DNA from: Octopus sinensis
Taxonomy: Eukaryota
Assembly (NCBI RefSeq): GCF_006345805.1
Contig: NC_043002.1
Span: forward strand, 51,832,001-51,896,000
Direction of reading: 5' to 3'
DNA: 64,000 nt
Part shown: positions 49,226-62,672 of the stretch, piece after piece
Position numbering within the stretch: the stretch's first letter is position 1
Layout: each line of letters begins with the position of its first letter
The notes under the pieces: generated by a model
Seen by the model: only the letters and a program-made list of their open reading frames with translations
Database searches by the model: none
Told to the model about the DNA's origin: nothing
Program-made: the position numbers and the translations under genes

Positions 49226-50085
49226 TTATAAATATTATTGTAATATAATAGTATTATTTTCCAGCTAAATAAAGCACTGTAAAGGTAGAATTATAAATAG
49301 ATAATAGTGTTACAACAAGGCACCAATGAGACGATAACAGTACGACACTATGTAAAGCTTTACTGACAAAAATGTGTGCGGCAACAAGTATAAAAAATTC
49401 TCGTCTTACTTCTAGTAAGACAATCAAAAAAATGGAAAGCCTAGAGTGGATAATCTAGTACTCGAGTTTAGGACTTTCCTAATGCACCTGTTATCATAAG
49501 TTTGGTTAGTCCTCATCAGCTAGATTCACCAGAAATGAAATTTAGCTAAAAATAATACTATTGTATTGCAATAATATTTATAATTTCTACATAATATTTT
49601 TTCACTGATCTCGGTTCTGCTTACGGCTTGGCGTTCAGCCGAATATACTAGTATTGATGTAACGAATATTCTAAGATTTCGTCTCCGGTGAATCTAGCTG
49701 ATGTACTAACCAAATTTACAGTACTAACCAAATTTACAACACTAGCGCCGCTGAGGGTAATATTCTCTAGGAACGCTTTAAAGCCCTTTTCTGGGCTACT
49801 TTATTTGAATTCTTACTGTCGGGTAACTAATTTCATGTTATTACATAACTGACTTCACAATTTGGATACTCATAACTTGCTGTGAATTCTTAAAAACAAG
49901 ATCCTGTGTAAGACAGTTTGGCATTCCCTGTAAATGCAGAGAAACCGTTTTAAGGGTCACATACTTTGTATTGTTGTTATTGGATTAGCGAAACAATTAT
50001 GAGAACGGAATCAAGGAATAGGACCCGATTTCCCGGAAAATTACTAATATACATGCATGCATACATACATACATACATACACACA

Positions 50086-50196
<111 letters not shown>

Positions 50197-50452
50197 ATAA
50201 GATCGTTATTTAAATACCGATCTTATCAGGTGGCCAGCATGGGAATAAAAACCTTCAAAGGTAATAATTATTATTAAAATAACACCCGCTAGTTTATTTT
50301 GTCTTCTCTTCTGGTGCTGGATGAACATTTAATGTGGTTTTAGAGTCAAGTTTTGGCTGCTATTTCCAGCGTGGTAGTATCTCTTAGATACATTAATTAT
50401 ATACTTATATATATGTGTGTGTGTGTGTGCGTGCGTGCGTGTGTGTGTGTGT

Positions 50453-50486
<34 letters not shown>

Positions 50487-51986
50487 AAGAGTAAGAAATA
50501 TCAATACATATTTATTGAACTATATGTAAGAAAATCTATCTATGGTAAACTCCAATGTTAATACAGTGTGTATACACACACACACATACACACACATACA
50601 TATTTACGTATACACATACCCATGTGTGTGTGTGTGTGTGTGTGTCTGTCTGTCTGTTTGTGTCCGCTTGTGTGCTTGAGTAGCTATAAATTATAAATGT
50701 GCATGTACTAAACGAATTTATATATTGAAAATCGTTATATTAGCAACACGAAAGCTAAGATAAGTTCTGCAACTAACTAAAAGTTTTAAATTTATTGATA
50801 CAATTGTTAAAACTCAAGTGAATTAGGTGAAACTGTCTTGCTGTATGTATGAAAGACTCAATCCACTGCTGTCGTAGGTAGGAATTTATCCCACCTTGTC
50901 GCTCTATATTTCTTTAGTTCTTCTTCCCAATGTATTTCTCTGTCACCGACATGATTTATTTAACTATTCTTCGCTAGCAGACTGCTATGGAGCTTCTTAC
51001 TTTTCTTTTACTGAGTTCATTCTCTCAATAAGTTTTCGTTGATAAAAGTGTCCACAAGTTAATTAAACGAACTGTTTAAGCGACACATCACATCGTAGTG
51101 TCCGAAAATTCAATCATAACTATTTACTGAAGACTTGTCGAAAACGGCAGAAGCCATGTTAAAGCCAGCACGCATTTATTATCTTCGCAGCACGTTATTG
51201 AGTAGAGCACAAGAACATTTGTACATTGCAATTCTTCTTGGAGTTGAATGTCACGAATGTTTACGGCTGCTAATATATTTGTAAAATGGATGAATATTGT
51301 TTAGAAAATTGTTGTTGCTGCTTATATAAACATTTCTGGCCTTTTTGTCATCGATATGACTTTTCTTTTTCTTATAACAGATAACTATATGTTTTGTTTC
51401 CTTTTTTTTCCCTTTTGATTTTTGCTTTCGAAAACCTATTTTTGCTACACCAACAAGAGAAAGCACAGATATACAAGATTCACTAGACTTGTAATGGTTT
51501 TTATTGTTTATTGGCATATGTTAAAAAGTGCTACAACTATGATCACTCCGTCCCATCCAAGAATACAATGTAGCATGTATCCATTCTCACACATTTTTTT
51601 AAGACAGTTAAAATATAATTTCAGGGAGATTTAACACTTATTTTCACATGTAGCACTTTCGTTTTCTTGTTTGATAGTAGTTTTAAACGTGAACACAAAA
51701 TTTAAAATGTCAGAAAATATAGATGAAGTGAATTTTTTCTTCTTTTTCTTTACATGGGACTTACATTAGCTGACACTTTCTTAATGTTAACAGATCAACT
51801 GCTATTGATCTGAGATTACATGACAACACCAAATTTTACTTCGAACCAAAGAAGGAAGGCAACTGCATGAGTGTGAGATGAAGGATATAGCAGCAAAATT
51901 TCCCGCAAATCACATCCTAGCGGCTTAAATTAGGATACAATGCATTGCAAAATGTAGTGCCACATACACTAACAAGCCAAGTAATA

Positions 51987-52030
<44 letters not shown>

Positions 52031-52049
52031 TATATATAAGAGTAAAGTT

Positions 52050-52250
52050 ATCTTCTCGAGTCATACCAACTCATAAGGGTCTGTTACCTGGGAGTATAAA
52101 TTTCACATCTGGACGTGAAGCCAGCTGAGTGCACTGGAGCAAGGTGAAAAAGAAGTATTTTCCTCAAGAACACAACGCGCCGCCCGGTCCAGGAATTGAA
52201 ACCACATTCTTACGATCAGGAGTCCGACACCTTAACCACTAAGCTACGCT
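52050..52250 (-). mobile_element. SINE-C copy
   Basis: Minus strand gtagcttagtggttaaggtgtcggactcctgatcgtaagaatgtggtttcaattcctgg shows A and B boxes. Confidence 0.75.
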
Positions 52251-52283
52251 AGATAGATAGATATACATTATACATGCATATAT

Positions 52284-52357
<74 letters not shown>

Positions 52358-52950
52358 AAGAAGAGAAAAAGAAAGGGAGCATGAAAGAGAGAGGGGGAGA
52401 GAGAAAGAGGGTCATACATATATCTATGTATATGTGCATGTGTAAATGATGACACACAAATACACACATACATGCACATACGCATATACACACATACACA
52501 CAGGCACACACGTACACGCACATAACGATATATGTTTGCATGAAGGTATGCGCGCGTACAAATAGGGAACAAAGTTTGAGATACTAAATTAAATAACTCA
52601 CAAAATTAAATATGTGTGCATGTTCGACTCGTTCACAAGTCACGAATGTTGTCTTCAAGTTTGTTTTTAATATAAACGATTCGCTCCACAGCTTTTTCCA
52701 ATAATCGAGTTTATGTAGTTTCCCATATTCGATAAGAAAACTCCCCTTATCGAAATTTTGTACCGATTCGAATCCCATCGGAGGTCTAGTTCTGGCCTGT
52801 TCAAATCATATCATTCATTGTAAGGTACTTCATTACTATCACTCCTCCCCGGGAGCGAGTTCATATCTCGTCTCTGACTAATGACGTCGAAATCGTGAGA
52901 TTTGTGGATTTGATTGCAAATGTGTACACACATATATAAGAAAAGATATA

Positions 52951-54245
52951 TTAGGTTGGCAACTAAGTTCCCGCCGTTTTTTAAAATTAAAATTTTTTAA
53001 AAGGTTTAATAAAAGATAACAACTAATTAATCAAGAATGTATTCACCCTTGTTGTTTACAACTTCTTCCCAACATTCAACAAGATTTTCAATACCTCGTT
53101 GGTAGAAATCACCCGAATTCGACTCGAAAAATTGACCCAAGTTCTCAATTCTGCATCAGCATTGAACGAAACTCCGCGCATAGCATTTGAAAGAGATCGA
53201 AAGAGGTGGAAATCCGTTGGGGCCAAATCAGTAGAGTACGGCGAGTGTGACAGCGCTCCCCAGCCATGCGTTTGAATGGCTTCCTTGGTCTTATTGGCGA
53301 TATGAGGGCGGGCATTGTCGTGCAGCAGAACTCCATGCTGCCGATTAGATCTTTTCTCTTGAATAGCCGTGTTGAGTCGTTCCATCGGTCGAACACAGAA
53401 TTCTGCGTTGACCGTTCGATTCCGTTCAAGCAATTCGTAGTGGATAATTCCTTCCCAGCCCCACCATATGCACAGCATCGTTTTACGCGGATGAAGATCT
53501 TGTTTCACACGCGGTGTCGCTTGTTTACCGGGTGTAAACCATTCCTTACGCTGCTTCATATTAGTGTACAGGCACCATTTTTCGTCGCCAGTAACGATTC
53601 GGTAAAGAAATCGTTGCTTGTGTCCGTGAGTTTAGCGGTGATGAGTAAGCAAACCAGAGGAGATTGTGGAGATTGTGGCCCGTTTATTTTTGTTGTTGAT
53701 GTCATTTATAGCATGCGGAACCCATGCCCCATACTTCTGAACCTTTCCCATCGAGTGAAGATGCTTCTCTATAGCAGTGTGGGAGAATTCCATTTTCTCT
53801 GCCAGTTCCCTTGTCGTTTGACGGGAATTTTCGTGCAAAAGTTGGTTTAATCACTCTTCATCGAACTCAACTGGATGGCCAGAACGAGGTGCATCTTTGA
53901 GTTCAAAATGTCCATTTTTGAACTTGTTATACTAATCACGAGCGATTCTTTCAGCTATGACACCTTCACTATACGCAGCACAAATGTCGCGAGCAGCTTT
54001 TGCGGCCTTAGAACCTTGATTAAAAGCAAAAAGAAGGAAGTATCGAAAATGCTCGTTTTTCTTAACTTGACATTCCATTTTAATGATCTGAAAATAAACA
54101 AAAATTAAATTAACTAGGAAAAAAAAAAAAAAGATTCCAAAATGATTCAAAAATAGAATTCTCGAAAAAATAGATTCCAAAATTTTAAAACGCAATAAAT
54201 TCCAATTTTTTTTTTTAAATGGTGGTAACTTAATTGCCAACCCAA
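52951..54245 (-). mobile_element. Mariner (Tc1/mariner, D,D34D-type) transposon, full length (1295 bp), decayed
   Basis: TIRs TTAGGTTGGCAACTAAGTTCCCGCC / GGTGGTAACTTAATTGCCAACCCAA with TA on both sides. Confidence 0.95.
53027..54078 (-). pseudogene. Mariner transposase pseudogene
   Basis: MECQVKKNEHFR..., WVPHA, IVTGDEKW, LHDNARPH, YSTDLAPTD and terminal GEYILD*, with several frameshifts. Confidence 0.92.
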
Positions 54246-54455
54246 TAAATAATGGTTATTACATATTTTTTCTTTATTGTAATAAATTTGACTTATAGCT
54301 GTATCTTGTAGTCATTATAGATTTATTTTTGGTAAGTTTACACACACACACACACACATATATATACGAGCATAGTGGCTTGCTACCCAATCACATGGTT
54401 TCGGGTTCAGTCCCACTGCGTGGCATCTTGAGCAAGTATCTGAAAGAAGTCCGTC

Positions 54456-54555
<100 letters not shown>

Positions 54556-55631
54556 CATATATATATAACATATAAAATGGAGATATGTGCGTATTCACTT
54601 TTCATACGAAAACGGTTTCACCAATTGCTTTCATATTTGTGATGCACGAATAATTTGACTTCAGACAAATAATAGGCTGTACATTTGATTCTTTTTTTTA
54701 TTAACAATTATTAAAAATGAAAGATATTGCTTTTTATATTACATTCCCGTCTTTGAAAGCTTTTAAAATATTTACTTCCGGTTTTCTAGCGTTAGTGACA
54801 TAACATATTTCTTTATGTATATCTATGTATCCATGTTTCTCTATCTCTCTGTAACATATCTATCTATATCTCGCTATATATATCTTCTTATTTTGACTGT
54901 CATTTTTCAGACGCTATTCTTTTCACTTTCAATTTTCATGCGCCATTGTTTAACTTCCATATTATTGTTTTCACTGTAAGTTGAAGTTTTCAATAGCTAT
55001 TTAAAAACAACGACAAATTACAGAAAGAAGTTTACAATTACTGATGTAAGTAATTTCATAATTTACTGACAGAAGTATCTTCATAAATTTCAGTTCAATC
55101 CATAAAGTCTTGTGTTTTTTCTGTTGTTGACGGTTTCTTTCTGGTTCCTTCGATACTTCACTGACTGACAAATTTCGCTTCAACTCGTACAATACTTTAT
55201 TTTCCGTTAAAATTTATTTATTTTCTGCCCGTCGTATGAAGAAACATAATTTCTGTTACCAAGTTATTTTCATCTTTACTATCTTCTGCACTTATGTATT
55301 TCTGTATACATATATAAACATGCATAGAAGGAAAGTATCAAATTTGTCGGGATAACTAAGAGACTTTGGATGATCATAAGTTTCAGAAAAATGGATATTT
55401 TTAATTTTATAAGAATATGTGTTATATCATATAGATTCCAAATATACAAAATGTCGAGGGGTATGCGTTTTAGGAGGGGGTAGGGTGGGGAATCTCTGAA
55501 AATTCACCGGTGTCCACTTGAATTCGTCTTAACTTTCAAGAAAATGGATATTTTAAAATGAAATTCTCTACAAATATACCTCGGACTATGTAGATTCCGT
55601 GGACAGAGGAATTTTCGGGGAAAATAATTGG

Positions 55632-55808
55632 GTACGTTATTTACATTTGACGGATATTTGTCTTCATCTTGTTAACACAGCATTCCGGCTGATATACCCT
55701 CCAGCCTTCATTAGGTGTCTTGGGGAAATTTCGAACCTGGATTCTCATTCTCGGAATCTTGGTGTTAGTAGCCCGCGCTCCAAACCACTACGCCATATGC
55801 CAGTGGGC
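55632..55808 (-). mobile_element. Short element with tRNA-like head joined to a hammerhead-containing 3' part (degenerate core)
   Basis: Minus strand reads TGGCGTAGTGG (A-box-like)...gcgggctactaacacc...gattccgag|aatgagaatccaggttcgaaatttccccaagacac-CTAATGA-aggctg...cagcc-GGAA. Confidence 0.6.
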
Positions 55809-55923
55809 AATTATGGAATGAATTTTAGGGGTTATAAATCTAATATTTTCCTATCCTTCCTTAATACCGGTTCCCATATGCTATTCATATCTGCACTCAG
55901 TCTGCTTAGGAGGTTGTTGTGTC

Positions 55924-55955
55924 CTAGCATATGTGCTGCACATTTCAGGCAGTGA

Positions 55956-56024
<69 letters not shown>

Positions 56025-56157
56025 CAGCAACATCGAAAAATACCTTAGAAATGAGAACCCAGGTTCGGAATTTCCCCAAGACACCTGATGAAGGCTGGAG
56101 GATATATCAGCCGAAACGTTGTGTTAACAACAAACAACATGAGGGAAAATATCCATC
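55924..56157 (+). mobile_element. Second, inverted copy of the same element with (AAT)n spacer and intact hammerhead core (56080-56125)
   Basis: GACAC-CTGATGA-A-GGCTG-gaggatatat-CAGCC-GAAAC-GTT-GTGTT. Confidence 0.7.
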
Positions 56158-56292
56158 AAGACACCAGAAGCAAAAATAAGGAATATACACGCACAGTTAA
56201 ATATAGAAGTGTAAAGTATAATTTGCTACATAATCTCTATAATAAACATGATACTGAATGGAATAAGTACCCGTTTGAAATTTATGAATTAC

Positions 56293-56339
<47 letters not shown>

Positions 56340-56459
56340 GTGTGTGTGTGTGTGTGTGTGTGTGTTAGAAATCTACGGATGCACAAACGCACAAAACGGA
56401 GAAAATGAAACAAATATGGATGACTTGTTCCGAAACACTCACGAGTGGTGAACAGTTCT

Positions 56460-58345
56460 CAAAAACTACTCAGAGTGCTACTATCTAAGGCTTCTATTAC
56501 ACCATGTCAAGAGACCCACATCATTTACAGCCTTACGTACGGTTGATAACTCAGTATGCTGAACATATCGCCAGGCTTGCCGTCACAGAGGTCTTCTGGA
56601 AGATGATGCATACTGGGATGCCACTCTAACAAAAGCTCAAATGTGAAAGTCTCCCATGCAGCTTAGAAATCTCTTCCATCATGCTAGTGAACTGTGGATT
56701 GTCAAGTCCAAATCAACTTTGGTACAAAACAAGGAGGGGCTTTCTGAAGGCATTTTTCAAAGAATTCAGTATCAGTGTGACGGCGATGTCACGTTCTATT
56801 ATGACATCTTCAATGAGGCATTAATATTAATAGGTTCAATCACTGGGCGAAAACAAACTCGAAATCTATGATTTTCGAGTTCCTGTCTGAGATGTTCAAC
56901 ACAGATTAGCACAAGAGCTAATCAGGGAAGCATCATACAACATGGAAAGTTTGCAAGCAGTTGTCAATGAAAAGGAAGCAATTATGGTACAGGATCAAAA
57001 GGAGGTATACTAGCAAGTTCTTACATCTGTGGACAATAACATCGGTGGGGGCTTCTTCTTAGATGCTCCTGGAGGCACAGGAAATACATTATTGATCAAC
57101 CTGCTCTTTGCCAAGGTAAGACAGAAGAAGAAGATTGCTTTGGCTGTTGCATCTTCTGGAATTGCAGCCACACTCCTAACAGGTAGAAGAACAGCCAATT
57201 CAACATTCAAGCTGCCTCTGAACCTTATCCAAAATTAATCTCCTTTATGCAACATATCCAAGAATACAGCATTAACAAAGCTCCTTAAATATGCCAAACT
57301 CGTTGCCTGGGATGAGGCAACAATGTTCCATAAGGTAGCCTTTGAAGCACCTGATGCAACACTACAAGACTTCAGAAAAAATAAGATCATAGGTGGTGTT
57401 GCCCTCCTTATGGCTGGTGACTTCAGGCAAAAGCTGCCTCTCATTCCCAGAGGAACAAAGGCTGATGAACTGAGAACTTGTATCAAGTCCTCATATATCT
57501 GGCAACATGTCAAGCAGCTTACTCTGACAACCAACATGAGGGTTTACATTCATGGTGACCCGTTAGCCGCACAGTTCTCCAACAACTTACTTAACATTGG
57601 AAAGGGAAAACTTCCACAAGATCCAGAAGATAGTCTGCACCACCTCCCATGTGGCAATATGACTGTCTCCTTTGAAGACCTGAAGAGCAAGGTGTTTTGA
57701 AACATTTCCACAAACTATAAAAGTCACAAGTGGCTATGCGAAAGAACAATTCTGGCTCCAAGGGATGATTCTGTAGACAAGCTGAATCTAAATTTGTTGT
57801 CTCAGCTTCCAGGACCTGAATATTCATATAGATCAATTGACTCTGTCCCTGATCAAGAACAGCCAACGCATTACTCAGTGGAGTTCCTCAATTCACTTCA
57901 CCCACAAGGATTTTTTCCATACCTTCTGATCATGAAAACAGGTGCTCCCATAATGCTATTAAGAAACCTTGATGCACCAAGGCTCTGCAATGGAACAAGG
58001 GTGGTTGTTAAAACAGCCATGCCTCCTGTGCTGGAAGCAACAATAATTACAGGCAACATGATGAGTGAGAATGTATGCATTCCAAGGATACCTCTCATCT
58101 CAAATGATCTCCCCTTTCAGTTCAAGAGACTACAGTTTCCTGTCAAACTCAGCTTTGCAATGTCTATCATCAAAGCACAAGGTCAATCTCTAAAGATGGA
58201 GGGACTTAACTTCCTTCAACCTTGCTTCTCACATGATCAACTGTATGTTGGACGTTCTAGAGTTGGAGATGAAAAGAACCTCTACATTCTCAGTGATAAA
58301 CATGGCAAGACAGAAAACACAGTATATGAAGAAGCACTTACATGA
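56460..58345 (+). pseudogene. Helitron RepHel remnant (C-terminal Rep region and PIF1-like helicase)
   Basis: ECYYLRLLLHHV..PTSF..LRTV..GLLEDD..W, then FFLDAPGGTG, ASSGIAATLL..GRRTANS, GDFRQ.LP, QFPVKLSFAMSI.KAQGQSL and FSHDQLYV..SRV. It carries frameshifts and stops. Confidence 0.9.
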
Positions 58346-58442
58346 ATAGTAGGTCCATGTCATATACAAAAGTATAAAACCATTGAATGTTAAAGTATTA
58401 CTATTACACTTTCACTTTTCAACTGACATGCGTGAACGCATA

Positions 58443-58791
58443 TCTATGTGTATAAAAGTGAAAAAAATTGCGTGATATATTCGCTGTATGTGTGTGTGTG
58501 TGTGTGTGGGTGGGTGTACTCTACGCACGGCCTTTCATTGTTTATAATCTGTACCTGTTTCTTGGTTACGAAATAAGTTAGACAAACGTGTTTTTACTTT
58601 ATATACATATATGAGTTGAAAACTTTCTTTCCACCTTTCACTTAACGTCTATGTTCCAGGCTAGCATGGGTTGCAGAGTTATGTAGAAAGTTGATATCTC
58701 AACTACTAGCAGTTGAGACCTACATAATCTAGACGGTATTCTTAAATATCATTACTTTTTTAAACCCAGGCAACGCCGGGTATTTCTGCTA

Positions 58792-58792
<1 letters not shown>
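58443..58792 (+). mobile_element. Short Helitron (350 bp) downstream of the helicase remnant
   Basis: Starts A|TCTATGTGTATAAAAGTGAA and ends CCCAGGCAACGCCGGG (58765-58780)...CTAG|T into a (TA)n tract. Confidence 0.75.
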
Positions 58793-58866
<74 letters not shown>

Positions 58867-61800
58867 ACAGAGTTGTATGTATGTATATGTAACAGAGTTA
58901 GCGGTCTAAGGGATACTAGTATCCGTTCTTACTATGGGTATCATTTACCCATGCTATCCCTGGGCATGGGTATGCAAGCACACTTTGCTCATAGTGTAGA
59001 AGTAAGAAAAGTTTATAGGAATCAAATTTAAATAAGCAGAAAATGGAGAAAACTTTTGATCAACAAACAAATTGACCAATATCGGTTGATTATTCTTTTA
59101 TACAAAACATCACAACATTTCTTACGGCCATTTCTATTGCCAGTGTCAGTCGGTGCTTACGAAAGAAATTCCAAAAATAATATTCGCCATCTTCATAACA
59201 CATTCAATCTAGTACATGGAGCTTCATCGGAGTGAATACAAATGCATAAAATAAACGAAGAGAAGAGGGAAGAGGAAAGATCAGGGCCCCGAGATGAGGC
59301 CAGAAGGCTCAATATATTATAATCATACCATCTCGCAGCGTGGAGCTTGAAGTCGATAGGCAAAAGAGTGAACTAGCAATGATCTAAGAAAATATTTATG
59401 AGTTATCTCTTTAAAAAGGGGAGCCAGGGTGTGTAAATACCAGTGAAATAAAACTAGTACTAAGATAAAACAAGAATTACCAATATATCTAGAGAAAGAA
59501 TAGTACTCATGATTTCGTAAATAGGGCTAATTAATATTTATCCCAAACCCAAAACTCTTCTTATTAGGTACTATATACGATTAATTGGTCGTTTTCAGGC
59601 TTCCAAAACAATTACTGAGAATTAGTTTTTCGAAAGAGTCCTTTACACAAACCAAGACAGACATTTTTGTGACGCCAGGAAAAGACAACATTAAGCCCTT
59701 TGAACATTTCATACTGGTAATATCTTCGCACTCGACAGCAGTATAATACCGATATCAGTGAAAGCCCAATTGGAAACTAGTAACCAATGAATCTATATTT
59801 CACAAAATGCGATATTAATAAATTGTTGCTTTGAAATAGCGTCCACCATAAACTTTTGAAAGAAATTTTCAGTAAAGAGATGAAAAATCAAAAAAATTAC
59901 AAAATTTCAAAATGAAAAGCGTTCTTTGTTGATTAATAGACCGGAATATTATTATCAATAGAAGAATTAAAGAGGTTTATAATTGATCTCTTGTTTAATG
60001 AGAATAGAATCATAAATAGGACAATGAGCACTTAAAGGAAGATGACACATGAATTATCAATTTAATGTAACATGCACCGAAGAGGCTGATGAAATAAAAA
60101 GCTCTTGATGGGTGAATGGCTCATCGGTTTCGATTGTTGGCAGAGTTAATTCTCTGTACATATTTTTAGTTGGAAATAATTTTTTATACATAAATGCAGT
60201 TAATGAAGGCAAGTATATTATGCAATTTCATTCACTTCCAACGTGTATTTGTGATTCACCATCTAAGTAAGACACTGCTTTTTTGCCGAACAGTTCTGTC
60301 GTGTTTTTAACTGCAAATTTTTTTCTAGAAAGACAGGGAATAATTTACATAGAATTAATTATCTTCTATGGTGTGTTGCAGTATTTCCATTAAACATTTC
60401 TTGTCAAACGTATATCTCTAAAGTATTTAGTTGGGGTAAATCATTAGATGAATTATTCAGAACGTTGATTGAGAGAACACGTAGTACTAACTGCGTCTAA
60501 ACTGATAAGATTCGACCGGGTCAAAATGGTGTTACTACTTTTTCAAGCAAAATATCAACAACACCGATCTATCTTACCTGGAAAAACCTTCAAAAGTCAT
60601 GGTTCTCTCATCATTCAACTTTATAAAATAATAAATATAAATGGTCAGTACATTATGATAATATAAGACCACCTCCATCACATTTATAATTATGTCCTAA
60701 CTATCTAATGCCCATATTTATATTTAATATTAAGCTATATATTCGTTGAAAAACCCCAGCTTAATAATCTATTAATCTATTAATTCAGAATATCCCTACA
60801 AAAATTTCTTTTCGCATCCTTTTCACTCAGATAAAAGAATCGAGTGAAATTATCGTTGTAAATTAAGACAGAAAGCATTCCTTGCAACTGGAATCATACA
60901 AAATAATAGTACGGTATTGTTTCATGTCGTGGTTATTGATTTTATTAAATCTTTCCAACATACACAGAGAACATGTTTCGAATTCATAAAATTTTAACAA
61001 GCAAAGAAGTATGCAAATTTTAAGATGATGAAGTATGTTTAGAAAGATACACAAAACGGATAATTTTCTCAAATTGAGTAAGACCATAAAGTTTAATGTA
61101 CTAAAAAATCAGTCACCATGTATTTGATGATTAATATAACAAACTGTTGAAATAACAAAATAAAATAAATCTAAAGGTTGTTACTATTTATTGATAATGC
61201 TAGGAAAATAAGTCGACAGATCTCTGCATATATTCTGTTGCATGTATTGGTACATGTTTTATTGCAAAAAATTTTTTTAAATCCCTAAAAATTGTCAGTA
61301 AGACCAGTCTAGATGTCAAATGTCATACAGTTTTCTGTGTTTGATTTTCATTATGAACCCCACCGCCACAAAAAAAAAAAATCATCGTGTAATAGATGTA
61401 AAGCTGTAGTCACTACAATGTCTATGGAATAGATGAATGCTAACAATACCCCACTCATTTTAACTTATATTCTTTACCTTCATTCGTTTTACTTTAAGGT
61501 CCCTCGTGCATTTGCGAGATTCTTAAAATTTAAGGATAAAATAAGGAGCAAAACCATGTTATTTGATCAAGTTTATTTTTCTCGTGATTATAATGTGAAA
61601 CACGTTTAGGGGTTGTTGATCTGTCTGCTAGTTTTAATCTTTTGCACAGTCTATTGTTCATGCTTGCTTTATATCCCACTGAAATTTGCATATTCCTTGA
61701 TAGGTTCACACTGAATAATAACTCGAAACCAATCCGTATTCGAGTGTTAAGAAGAATGAAAAGAACTCAAACAATAAGTCATGCACACATTGGATTTTTG

Positions 61801-62638
61801 GGATAATATTTATGACTTAAGCACTCGAAATTCGACAGCTATGCCCGGAACATGTACCTTTACAAAGGAATGTCAGACAGATTCTATTATTTTATCAACT
61901 CTCTACTGTCATAATTTCATTTGGACGAAATATTATACAATGTCATTGTATTCTGACGATTAGCCCTGCCAACGAATTAATATGAATGTTAATACACTCA
62001 CAAGATTTCCATTTCAGAGAGATGTACAGACTCTAGGGTACGTTTCATGTATTCAAATATATCGAAATGAATACACACACACACACACACACACACTAAG
62101 ATGGATGCATAAAAAGATATGAGTTCGCGCAAATACATACTTGATAACTACATACATATATGATAACTACATATATGATAACTACATACATATACACACG
62201 CACAAACATACATGCATGCATACATATATATACATACATACGTACGTACATACGTACATACATACATGCATACATAATACATACATACATACATACATAC
62301 ATAGGAACGGAATTTGGCCAGAAGAAATCTTATTTAATTGTTGGACGGGGAAAATAGTTCCCCAGACACAAAACCTGTACTTCAATAGAGGTAGAATCAA
62401 CATAAAAAGCACTCCATCCGGTGGAGCTTGTCCACTTGACCAGGTGTATATGATAAACTCCGTTATATACGAGGCTGAAGTTAAATATATATAACGCATA
62501 AACAGGACCTGAAAGATTGCTTTAAGATACATGGCGTACTTTATAAATATGCCTGTTCAAGTATCATCAAAATATGAAACTATTAGTAGCTCTTTCCATT
62601 GTGTATTTAAATTGATATGTGTGAGTGTGTGTGTGTAC

Positions 62639-62672
<34 letters not shown>

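Noticed and set aside
52870-52905. Hammerhead-like CTGACTA...GAAA motif
   Set aside because: The invariant G8 is mutated and the cleavage triplet is not NUH.
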